Source: Atractiella rhizophila
Lineage: Eukaryota
DNA: 46,803 nucleotides
Assembly: GCA_021432655.1 (NCBI GenBank)
Contig: MU271544.1
Coordinates: forward strand, 1-46,803
Direction: 5' to 3'
A program made the position numbers and the translations under genes. Under the pieces are notes generated by a model. The model ran no database searches and was not told the origin of the DNA. It saw only the letters and a program-made list of their open reading frames with translations. Of the stretch, positions 35,193 through 44,175 are shown piece after piece. The stretch's first letter is position 1. Every line of letters starts with the position of its first letter.

Positions 35193-38100
35193 TTATCCCC
35201 AAACATAGTCTTCATCCAGCTGTTTCTTCTTTGGATTTCGCCGCAATGCATACGTCCTCCCTCCTGTTTTCACGACTGGCCCCCCAGTCTGAGCCTCCTG
35301 TCCCTGTACTTGTTGTGTAGCTTTCCTTTGTCCCGGATCGTCTTCGTTTCGTGAGATTAAGTCTTCCTCATCCGTCTCCTCCTCTTTTTCCCTCTCACGT
35401 TCCTCCTCAATCCTCCGTTTCCCCCAAGACGTTAGAGTCTCTTCGATCAGATCACCCTCTCCATCATCCACCACCGCTGTTGTTACACCGTCGTCCACCA
35501 ATTGTTTCCTCAAGTAGTACCGTCTAAGTCGTTTTGCTGCTACTAATCCATCGATTGCTGTCCCATCCAACTCCTCCAACAAATAAGATCCCCTGTCCTT
35601 TCGTTCCTTGATTTTGTAGGGCCCAAACCATCTTGTACGTAGCTTCTTACTATGAGCCATTTCTAGCCTTGCATTCTGCTTTAAAACTAACATTCCCGGC
35701 TCCAGAGGGTCTCGAATTTTATGTGCGTTTCGTCGATCAAGGTATGTCATCCCTTCCTCCCTGGCTTTTCTTAATTTCCTGATCACCCTTTCTAGATCTT
35801 CATCTCGTGCCTCGATTTGCCTCATCCTTGCCGCAATTAAATCCTTCCTCGACATAGTCTCCTCGAATTTAGGTATATAGAATGTCAAAAGTTCGAAGTC
35901 GACAGGTAATAGTGGGTCACAACCCAAAAGTAGTTGAAATGGTGATAGGTTTGTGGTCCTTTGTGTTGACACTCGTTCCGCGAATAATGCCCTGTTGAGG
36001 TGTAGGTGCCATTCCCATGGTCTGTCGCTACTGGCTTTCTCAATTGCCTTTACGATCTCCTGATGCCCTCTTTCGACTCGTCCATTTGCTTCTGAGTGGT
36101 AAGGTGTTGGATTGATGTACTTGCTCCCGCTCATTAAAATTGCAGCCTTCGCCTCTCCCCGAAATTCAGGTCCTCCATCCACAACATAGCATCCAAACGG
36201 TCCCCATCGCCATTTCACTTCCTCCACAAATCTCGCAATATCCTTTGCTCGAATCCTTTTCAACGCTTTCCCTTCTGGCCAACCCGTCAAATCATCCTTT
36301 AATAACAATAAGTAGGGGTATAGTCCCACTCCCATATGCACAACGTCCATTCCAACCTTTGAAAAGATGCCCGTGGGTACAGTTGCTCGGTGCGTTTCTT
36401 CCTCAGTCGTTCTTGCATTTTTCTGACATGCATCACAGCTACGAACATATTTCCCAACCCATCTCTTCATGCCAGGCCACCATCCTCTTGATTTCAGCCT
36501 TCTGTAAGTCTCTTGTTGTCCTCGATGGCCTAAGTCTTCATGTACTGATTTTGCAAATGCTCTACGTTCTTCTTCCCTATCGACTACCCTAACATGAATC
36601 CCATCTTCCTTCCTTCGCCACAGTTCTCCCTCCTGTAAAAAGAAATCCCCAGCTCTCCGTTTAACCCTTTCGAACGCTTTGTCAGAAATACCGTCCATTC
36701 GCTGAAGTGTCTGCAGAAATCGTCCTAACGCTGCGAATTGTGGATCTGGATAGTTATGTGAGTTGAAATTGACCCCCTGCCGCTCCAGTTGGTTGACATT
36801 AAGTTGCAGATTCCCAATCACTTTCTTTTCCTCTTCCTCCACCATATCTTCTGCACTCCTTGCTGGTTCGTCGTGTTCTGTTCTTGCTACTCGAGATAAG
36901 GCGTCTGGTAAAAGGAATTGTGCCCCCGGATGATGTCTAATATCGAATGTAAATAGATGAATAAAGGCATTCCATCGTGCCATTGGTGCATTTGGAAGGT
37001 TGGGTGAGTTTATCATCTGCACTAGAGATATAGCGTCGATGACAAGGGTGAAGTGGGTTCCCCAGAGATCATGTCGCAATTTCGCAAATATCTTCGCCAC
37101 CCCAGCCAGTTCCAGTTTCGATTGTGAGTACCTCTTCTCGACTTCCGTGAAACTTATTGACTCATATTTGACCGGTTGCGGTTTTCCACGTTCATCCTCC
37201 TGTGCCAAAACTCCTCCTGCTGCGACTTGACTTGAATCTACCATTAAGATAATTTTTCCTGCTCCTGGACCTCGATTTAGTGCTTTCAGAAGGATGTCTG
37301 CTCCAACTATCAGTTTCAGCCTTTCGAATGCCTCTTGTTGTTTCTTCCCCCAAAACCATTCTTGTTTATTCTTCAATAATATCCTCAAAGGCGCCGTTTC
37401 GTCTGAGAATTTGGGAATGAAAACTCGAACAAAGGTCACCGCTCCGTTAAAGGTACGCAATTCGTGAACATCTGTTGGTTGGGGCCAATCTAAAATTTTG
37501 TTCCGCTTCCTTGTGGTTATCCTCTTCCCTTCATATCCGCAATCCATTCCTACTATCTCGACAGATGGGCAGCAAATTGCCAGTTTTTCTCCAGATACCG
37601 TAAGTCCCGCTTCTTCTAATCGAAAAAGTATTCGCTCTAATGTAACCGCATATTCCCAGATAAATCGTCGAATCCCAGGATTGTCAGGCAATGCCTCGTT
37701 ATTGTAACGACTTTTAGGACCTTTGACCGTGATATCGTCAATAAAGATAACAGTAAAAGTTGGTATTTCGTCCTTCATGATGAAAACTGTGCAACGCTGA
37801 TATTCTGCCACGGAATTGGTAGCTCCCACCGGTAATCGTCGAAGTCGAAACTGTCCCAAGGGTGTTTGAAAAGCCGTCATGTCCCTCGTCATTTCATCGA
37901 GCTCCCGCTGGTCATATCCTCCCAAAATATCCAAAGCTCCAATACACGCATATCCCACACAATCGTCTGTATGTTCTGCAATGTTAGGAGGCAGCCCACC
38001 ATCTTTAATCGTCACCCCATTGAGTTTTTGTAGATTATGCACTATTCGGATCTTCCCATTCTTCTTCTCGACCGCGAACCAGGATGACAAATAAGGTGAT

Positions 38101-38834
38101 GCAGCAGGTTCGTAAAGTCCCGTTCGAATTCGTTCCCTGATTAACTCGATGACCGCTGGTTTAAGCGCAATTGGAATAGGAATTGGTTTCTCTTGCCATG
38201 GTTCATGTGGCACGGTTGGAATAATGTGCGGATTTGCATACGTCCTCTTTAGAAGGCCTCTTTCCCTGACATCAAAGGCAATCGCTTGCTCCCTCAGTCT
38301 CATCACGTGCAACAATAATTTCCGCTCCTCCTCACTTAGCCATCCTTCCGGTCCAAAATTCACTATCTTCAGTCTGTCTTCTGTCAACCGCCCTCCAGGG
38401 ATAAAAGGTGGTGGTCTTGGAGTCAAAGGCGTCTCGTAAGGATCCCTCGAATAAGGTGGCTGGCACATTGGTACGTTAACTCCTTGAGGCATTGGCACGT
38501 TTACTGGTTTTATTTTCTTGTCCACCGTCTTGTATTTGGTGTTAATTTGTATATCTTCTCTATCCTTGAATGCTTCCATTTCGATCCTTAAAAAGTTTAC
38601 TGCTAACTGTTTCTGTTTTGGAATAGAGATTCCTGCCGCAACCATTAAATGTGCTCTGTCTTCTTCTCCTATCACGTCGATCCTCCAGCTTCCTTCACCA
38701 GGTTCCTCATCCTTGATTTCGCAATTCCATATTTCCACCACTCCTCCACTCATTTCCTTCTTATCACGTTTAGGCAACTCCTCATTCTTCTCCTCTCGAA
38801 CTTGCCTTCTTCGAGAAGAGCCTCTTAGTTTTCC
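35193..38834 (-). CDS. pol: Pol: reverse transcriptase, RNase H, integrase (no chromodomain seen)
   Basis: RLPVGATNS, IFIDDITV, MVDSSQ..AGG, YSQSKLE, HEDLGH..CDAC, MDVVH..VDGGPEF..NGRVER; the frame opens before 38777 and overlaps the ORF1 end. Confidence 0.95.
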   Translation of the reverse strand, partial: GKLRGSSRRRQVREEKNEELPKRDKKEMSGGVVEIWNCEIKDEEPGEGSWRIDVIGEEDRAHLMVAAGISIPKQKQLAVNFLRIEMEAFKDREDIQINTKYKTVDKKIKPVNVPMPQGVNVPMCQPPYSRDPYETPLTPRPPPFIPGGRLTEDRLKIVNFGPEGWLSEEERKLLLHVMRLREQAIAFDVRERGLLKRTYANPHIIPTVPHEPWQEKPIPIPIALKPAVIELIRERIRTGLYEPAASPYLSSWFAVEKKNGKIRIVHNLQKLNGVTIKDGGLPPNIAEHTDDCVGYACIGALDILGGYDQRELDEMTRDMTAFQTPLGQFRLRRLPVGATNSVAEYQRCTVFIMKDEIPTFTVIFIDDITVKGPKSRYNNEALPDNPGIRRFIWEYAVTLERILFRLEEAGLTVSGEKLAICCPSVEIVGMDCGYEGKRITTRKRNKILDWPQPTDVHELRTFNGAVTFVRVFIPKFSDETAPLRILLKNKQEWFWGKKQQEAFERLKLIVGADILLKALNRGPGAGKIILMVDSSQVAAGGVLAQEDERGKPQPVKYESISFTEVEKRYSQSKLELAGVAKIFAKLRHDLWGTHFTLVIDAISLVQMINSPNLPNAPMARWNAFIHLFTFDIRHHPGAQFLLPDALSRVARTEHDEPARSAEDMVEEEEKKVIGNLQLNVNQLERQGVNFNSHNYPDPQFAALGRFLQTLQRMDGISDKAFERVKRRAGDFFLQEGELWRRKEDGIHVRVVDREEERRAFAKSVHEDLGHRGQQETYRRLKSRGWWPGMKRWVGKYVRSCDACQKNARTTEEETHRATVPTGIFSKVGMDVVHMGVGLYPYLLLLKDDLTGWPEGKALKRIRAKDIARFVEEVKWRWGPFGCYVVDGGPEFRGEAKAAILMSGSKYINPTPYHSEANGRVERGHQEIVKAIEKASSDRPWEWHLHLNRALFAERVSTQRTTNLSPFQLLLGCDPLLPVDFELLTFYIPKFEETMSRKDLIAARMRQIEARDEDLERVIRKLRKAREEGMTYLDRRNAHKIRDPLEPGMLVLKQNARLEMAHSKKLRTRWFGPYKIKERKDRGSYLLEELDGTAIDGLVAAKRLRRYYLRKQLVDDGVTTAVVDDGEGDLIEETLTSWGKRRIEEEREREKEEETDEEDLISRNEDDPGQRKATQQVQGQEAQTGGPVVKTGGRTYALRRNPKKKQLDEDYVWG
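38772..38834 (-). promoter_or_regulatory. Predicted -1 ribosomal frameshift signal (slippery site + H-type pseudoknot)
   Basis: G GAA AAC, 7-nt spacer, stem CUCUUCUCGAA/UUCGAGAGGAG, loop AGGCAA pairing with downstream UUGCCU. Confidence 0.7.
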
Positions 38835-41278
38835 GCCTCTTCCTCCTTTTCTTCAATGGATACAGTCGTCATTTTTCCTAGCGCCACATCATCTAGGTTT
38901 CGATATTGCCATTTCAAGTTTTCTGCCGGAATTTTGTAGCGGAGTCGATGGTAGCTCTGGCGGACCGAAATAATAACAGAATCGTCTGGCGTATCGTAAT
39001 TCAGAAATGCTTTCGAGTCGTGAAGGAATGCTTGTCCAAGGATAATGCCGTGGGTTATAGATGGTGTAACGAAGAAATGCTGAGGGATGGTCATAGATCC
39101 TAGATTGATGTCGACATTTTCTGCGATTCCAGCAATAGCGCTCGTGAGGCCATTGACTCCCGTGATAGAATAAGAACTTGTAAGCCGTAAGCTTGCTTGT
39201 ATTGCTTCCTGGGTTGCTTTTGACATTCCATTCATTTGAGCGCCACAATCAATCATTGCAGGATATCGTCGCCCAGCCACGGTTAAGGTCAAATACATGA
39301 GTTGTCCGCTGAAGGTTGGCGGCCTAGGTTTCGCAAAGCGTCGTTCCCTGGAAAGTCCAGTTACTTCTTCTTCTTCCAGCGCTTGTTCTGCCGCTATCCT
39401 TGCGTGATGTTGCGGATGCATACAATCTACCATCTTCCTTCCAACACCCTTTCGAAGTGCTTCCAATAGTGATGGTGCGTATTTTTCCACTATTACTTCT
39501 GCCACTCGTAACTCCTCTTTCATTTTTAGGAGCTCTCTCTGATCCTCCTCGCTAGGCGTATTCTTCTCCTCCATCGTGGTTACTTTCATTTTTACTTCTT
39601 CGACTGGCTCAGGTTCCTGCATAGCAACTTGGGTTTCCTCCTTTTGGTCTGAGATGATAACAGCTGTTTCGAATCGAGTTCCTAAAGCTGGTGGACTCCA
39701 GGATAAATGAATGTTACTGGCAGACAATGTTGACTGAGCATCGTTTGTTGCAGGTACTTCTACAATAGCTGCTGTATTCGCTGTCGTCGTCTCTGGTTTG
39801 GCAGGTAAAGGTGTTGTATTCGTCCCAGTCGCAGGGATCTCTTGCTGATTTTGATTTGTTTGGGGTCCATTGCTTCGTCCAACCCCTCCTCCATATCCTC
39901 CACCTCTTCCTCTCCAGTTATTGTTACCATATCCTCCTCTCCCGCCATTATTCCATCCTCCGCCATTCCAGTTATTATTCCATCCTCCTTGATTCTGGCT
40001 CCATCCTCCTCCATTCCCTCCTAGCCCTGCATTCTCCTGAAGTTGACGCTGAAGGCTTCCCACTGTTTGAGACAAACTCGAAATTTGGTCTTGGAGCGCT
40101 TGAAAGGCATCATCTGGTTTTGGAATGGTAGGTGAAGCTACCTTTGTTTGGATTTTAATCTCATTAACTTTCATGGCTCCCTTCTCCTTGCCTTTGGTTC
40201 GTTTTTTCCTATCCTCCTCTTCTTCGCTTTCAGATTCATCCTCACTATCACTATCCCAGCTTCCCAATCTCAGGCTCACATTGCGGCTCTTTCCCCCATA
40301 ATATCCTTTCCAGGGCTCGCGCCTCCCGTACTCTCCATCCTCCTCTTCTTCCATTATTGTTTTGACATACTCCCAGACTTTATCGACTGTTGGTATGCTC
40401 CTTCTCTTTCTCTTGATTTTTACCTCCCCTTCAGTTCCTTCCATTGTTTTCATTGTTTCTTCCTTTATCCTCTTCATTTCCTCCTCACGCTTCCTTCTTT
40501 CACTAATGACCTCCTGGATGCTTTCTGGTAACGAATCCCAGAAGAAGTGTCGAGCCTCCTCTTCTGTGATCTGGTCATTTTCCAATAAGGAGTCAAGGAT
40601 CTCCTGATATTTTAAGATATAAGTTTTCACTTTCTCTTTAGTGTATCGTTTGGATTTGATAAACTGATTTGCCCATTTTTCCAGGCTCCTCCGGGTGTAC
40701 TCGAATTCTTCAAGGCTAGGCGCCCATGTCTCAATCGCTCTCCTTTTCAGACCTTCCCAATTTCCATCTTTGAACTCTTGCCATCCCCGCACTCGCTTTT
40801 TGATGTCCACCCTTTCGATGTCCACACATTCCAAAAACACTTTTACTTTTAGGCTATCTAAAATTTTCTTCTGGTCCTCCTCTTCCCATATTGCTATCCT
40901 GTCCTCCAACGTTTTCAAGCTCTCCCGAATCTTACTTCCATCGAATTGAATTCCTTTTGCCAGTTTAATGATTGAACCCATCTTGGTTTTTGCCGCCTGA
41001 GGTACGTAATTTTCAGTGTTTTTGATTTGATCGTTGACTGGTATAAAGGAAATTTCCTCTTCTGTTCGTTCAATATCGTCCTCAGCCAATCCTCGAGCAC
41101 TCGCTGGTACCTCTTCTACCAATCCCAAAGCCTCTTCTAGGTTTAAAGTCTGATCACTATCCAATGGTTCTTCGCTTTCTTCTCGTAATCGCTCTAATAT
41201 TCCTTCTCTTGTAGGTAATCCCTTCCTAATTTCCTCCAATTCCCTTCTAACTTCTTTTCCTTTTGGTGTAGACTTCAA
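38825..41278 (-). CDS. gag: Gag with C-terminal aspartic protease
   Basis: 817-aa ORF; FDGSKI..L gag-like region, Gly/Asn/Trp-rich tract, AMIDCGAQMN...IILGQAFL protease motifs; start codon uncertain. Confidence 0.88.
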   Translation of the reverse strand: MKSTPKGKEVRRELEEIRKGLPTREGILERLREESEEPLDSDQTLNLEEALGLVEEVPASARGLAEDDIERTEEEISFIPVNDQIKNTENYVPQAAKTKMGSIIKLAKGIQFDGSKIRESLKTLEDRIAIWEEEDQKKILDSLKVKVFLECVDIERVDIKKRVRGWQEFKDGNWEGLKRRAIETWAPSLEEFEYTRRSLEKWANQFIKSKRYTKEKVKTYILKYQEILDSLLENDQITEEEARHFFWDSLPESIQEVISERRKREEEMKRIKEETMKTMEGTEGEVKIKRKRRSIPTVDKVWEYVKTIMEEEEDGEYGRREPWKGYYGGKSRNVSLRLGSWDSDSEDESESEEEEDRKKRTKGKEKGAMKVNEIKIQTKVASPTIPKPDDAFQALQDQISSLSQTVGSLQRQLQENAGLGGNGGGWSQNQGGWNNNWNGGGWNNGGRGGYGNNNWRGRGGGYGGGVGRSNGPQTNQNQQEIPATGTNTTPLPAKPETTTANTAAIVEVPATNDAQSTLSASNIHLSWSPPALGTRFETAVIISDQKEETQVAMQEPEPVEEVKMKVTTMEEKNTPSEEDQRELLKMKEELRVAEVIVEKYAPSLLEALRKGVGRKMVDCMHPQHHARIAAEQALEEEEVTGLSRERRFAKPRPPTFSGQLMYLTLTVAGRRYPAMIDCGAQMNGMSKATQEAIQASLRLTSSYSITGVNGLTSAIAGIAENVDINLGSMTIPQHFFVTPSITHGIILGQAFLHDSKAFLNYDTPDDSVIISVRQSYHRLRYKIPAENLKWQYRNLDDVALGKMTTVSIEEKEEEAEN

Positions 41279-41684
41279 GATCCTGGTTGATGGCGTGGTA
41301 GTGGTTTTACGAGGGGCACTAGGTACTTCTCGAGGGGTGGATTGTGGCGTCTGTTTCGAAAATTTGCTGCTAAAGAGGGCAAGAGATGAGGGAAGCTCCT
41401 TAAGAGGATATTGGGTTGGTGTCTTCTTCCTTAAGGGATCCAGTTCGTTGATAATCTTGAGGGGAAAGGGGTATGCTGACGAGGTCGAATTAGGAAATGG
41501 TTTGCTGACGAGTTGTCCACATGTGCTCGAAGGCCTTCAATCGCAATCGTGAGTCGTCTACCGTCCTTGTTCTTCTTGAGCTTCAACTGACCAGGCGAAC
41601 CCAGTGCGGTCAAATCTCTCGTTCCCGTCAAAGTTGAATGATCAAACAAATGATAGTCAAAGATAAAAAAATAAAGTGACAAAT

Positions 41685-41702
41685 TCCTCTCTCTGAACGC
41701 CA
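41685..41702 (-). promoter_or_regulatory. Primer-binding-site-like sequence
   Basis: Minus strand TGGCGTTCAGAGAGAGGA 2 nt downstream of the 5' LTR; primer tRNA not identified. Confidence 0.6.
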
Positions 41703-41704
41703 AA

Positions 41705-42357
41705 TGAAGTCGCTTATCCCGGACTAGAGGGAGAGTTCGAAGTGGGAATAAACGTTTGGTGGGCAAACACCGAAGCGGCTTAGTGAAAAGGAACTAGGGC
41801 AGCAGACTAGTGGTTTTGCAATGAAAAAAATGCGCTTTCAACACTATAATTGACCCAAAGTACACTAAGCAAGCACCTGAGGATGAGAGAAATAAGTAAG
41901 AAGTCAAATGAAAGTGTAGGATGCTCACAGCACGAGTGAGGAATGATATTTTCATCTAAAACTCCCCCTTTTATAGCTTTTCTCCTCTCCAGCACTCCAC
42001 CTGGCTCCACCCCCTTTTCCTCCTCAACCTCTGATCTCCTACATCCTTCCCCTAAGTCCTACGTTGCCCTATTTCCTTTTATCTTGCCCAGATTTTCTAT
42101 CTTGTTCAATCGCCATTGTCTTCTCATTTAAGGTTAAGATGGAGTTTTCTATTCGTCCTTGTTCTATCTTGAATTGGCCTTTGTCTGCTTTTCCTTGTTC
42201 CGATTGAATTAACAACATGGTTGCGGAGTTATGCGTTGCGGTGAAGTACGTAATTTGGTTGGCGTTTGTAGTGAATTAGGCTGTTTGTCTCGCACGTGTC
42301 CGTCCTTGACGTACAGTTGTCACGTGATAGTATGTACGGACGGGACAGGGTACGTCA
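41705..42357 (-). repeat. 5' LTR
   Basis: 653 bp, TG..CA, minus-strand TATAAAA near 41970. Confidence 0.95.
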
Positions 42358-42677
42358 CTGGGATCCACGGACGTCGTTCCATTGCATTCCAAGAGCGGTT
42401 TTTCCACCATCTCACACTTCGCTGGGATCCAGCTCACACTTGTGGGCCTGGATTGCAGTATAACAAAGATGAGCTGATCCAGGCAGGGCACGAGTGCCCA
42501 TCTAAGCCAGCAGGCAAGACTGCACAGAAAGGGACAGGGCAGAAGGCTCACCCCAGATGCTGCTTGGCGCTTCAGGACAAAGAGCAGTTAGCGCTTCTGA
42601 CCTGCACCCAGAAGGAAGCGGCGAGAGGCCTGCTTGTGGGAGATGGCGGGTTGGAGGAGGTCTCCGTACTTTGCCTT

Positions 42678-43962
42678 TCATTCCTGCAACTTCTCGTGGC
42701 CCTGGGCGGAGGTGATATCTTTGTTGAAGATGGTCCCAATATCTAAGGGCTCAGCATCATGCTCGAAGGACCGGGCAAAATTAGTGAGGTTAGAGGGGAG
42801 GTGATGGTCCATAGGGAGAAAAACGTCTTTCTGGGCTAGGAGGGTGACTTTGGCGAACTGGTTAGGGATGTAGTCATGAAGGAACCGAAGGTACAACTCA
42901 TAGGATATGGACTTCCACCTGCCGACTAGTCGGATGTATTCTGTCTCAAACCCCAGTTTCAGCCGTAGGGATGTGCCACTGATTCTGAAGCTGTGGCCGG
43001 AAATAGATGCATACCCATTGTCCATCCAAATCTGATTGACCCGGTTGAGGAAGGTTTCCTTTGTGAGGGCATGCATCAATGCCATTTCTGGCTTGAAGCT
43101 AAAAGATCCCCAATCACACAGAAGTGAGCGCAATGAAATGATTGTGTATAGAGTACATCTATTTGAAAGCATACCTAAAAGATCCCCAATCACACAGAAG
43201 TGAGCACAATGAAATGTATTATGATGAGATTGTGGAAAGAAAATATGGATTCCCAGGTGCCTCGACCGGACTTGCAGTGAAGTGCCACATGTTTGTGTCT
43301 GTATCGGAACGTGTGGCAAACACCTCAATACTGTTAGGGCAAACATTATGTGCGGTCGCCGACAGGCAATGCGTCTGTAGTGGAGATAAACCTAAGAGCA
43401 TGATATGACATGAAGACTAACCTGTAGCGGAGATAAACCTAAGAGAATACTCTAAGGTCACCTCCACTACTCTCTGATCTATATATACAAATGGAATAAC
43501 ACTGCCACAGAGTGTAGAGGAGAGCAGATGAAACATGTAAGAGAACTAAAGGGGAAGCGACAGTGGGATTACGTGGACTTAATAAGAGGAGGATAGGCAC
43601 AATTGGGTTAAGTGGTGATGTAGGTGCAAATGGGCGACGGGAGACGCAGAGTGGCGACAGGGCGCTGATTCGCAGGGAACACAAATGGGCAATAGGAGAC
43701 GCAATCCCGCGAATGGGCGCCGATTTGCGTAAGATGCAAACCTGACAAACACGCTTCATATCTCCACCCCATCCTCCAACAGCATCAAGCCTGTCCGCTT
43801 GTTGACATACCGGAAAATGTGGACAGTCTTATCTTCCGTGAAGTTGGTACGAAGGTAATTTGTAAGCAACCCTAATGTCCACCAATGGTGGAACTGTGTG
43901 TCAGGGTTCGAGCCCCTGATATACCTTAAGTACAGACCAAGATGGGTGTAAATACCCATCAT
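42678..43962 (-). mobile_element. Tyrosine-recombinase (DIRS/Ngaro-like) retroelement remnant
   Basis: LTKETFLNRVNQIW...SGHSFRISGTS...IRLVGRWKS.SYELYLR (YR C-terminus); upstream parts deleted or rearranged, with small duplications (43100-43140/43176-43217; 43375-43398/43422-43445). Confidence 0.75.
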
Positions 43963-44175
43963 TAGCTCTTAGTTTAGTTGGTTAGCTGTTGGTCTGCAGC
44001 CATCCTGACACTGCGCTTGAGTGAAGCAGAGGAGGTGAGTGCGTCCATGGGGTTAGGGATTGAGTGCTGCTTAGGGTAACGGAAAGGCGAAGTTGGCAGT
44101 TGAGGACTTCTTCTGCCACCTTAGGATCTCTTTCAAAGACCGGGTTGTGCAGTGTTCGTTCCTTACTTCTGGAAA

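Larger units (their letters stand above)
32269..42357 (-). mobile_element. Full-length Ty3/Gypsy LTR retrotransposon (10.1 kb)
   Basis: 653-bp TG..CA LTRs, 4-bp TSD CTGG (32265-32268 / 42358-42361), PBS-like and PPT sites, intact gag-PR and RT-RH-IN ORFs. Confidence 0.97.
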
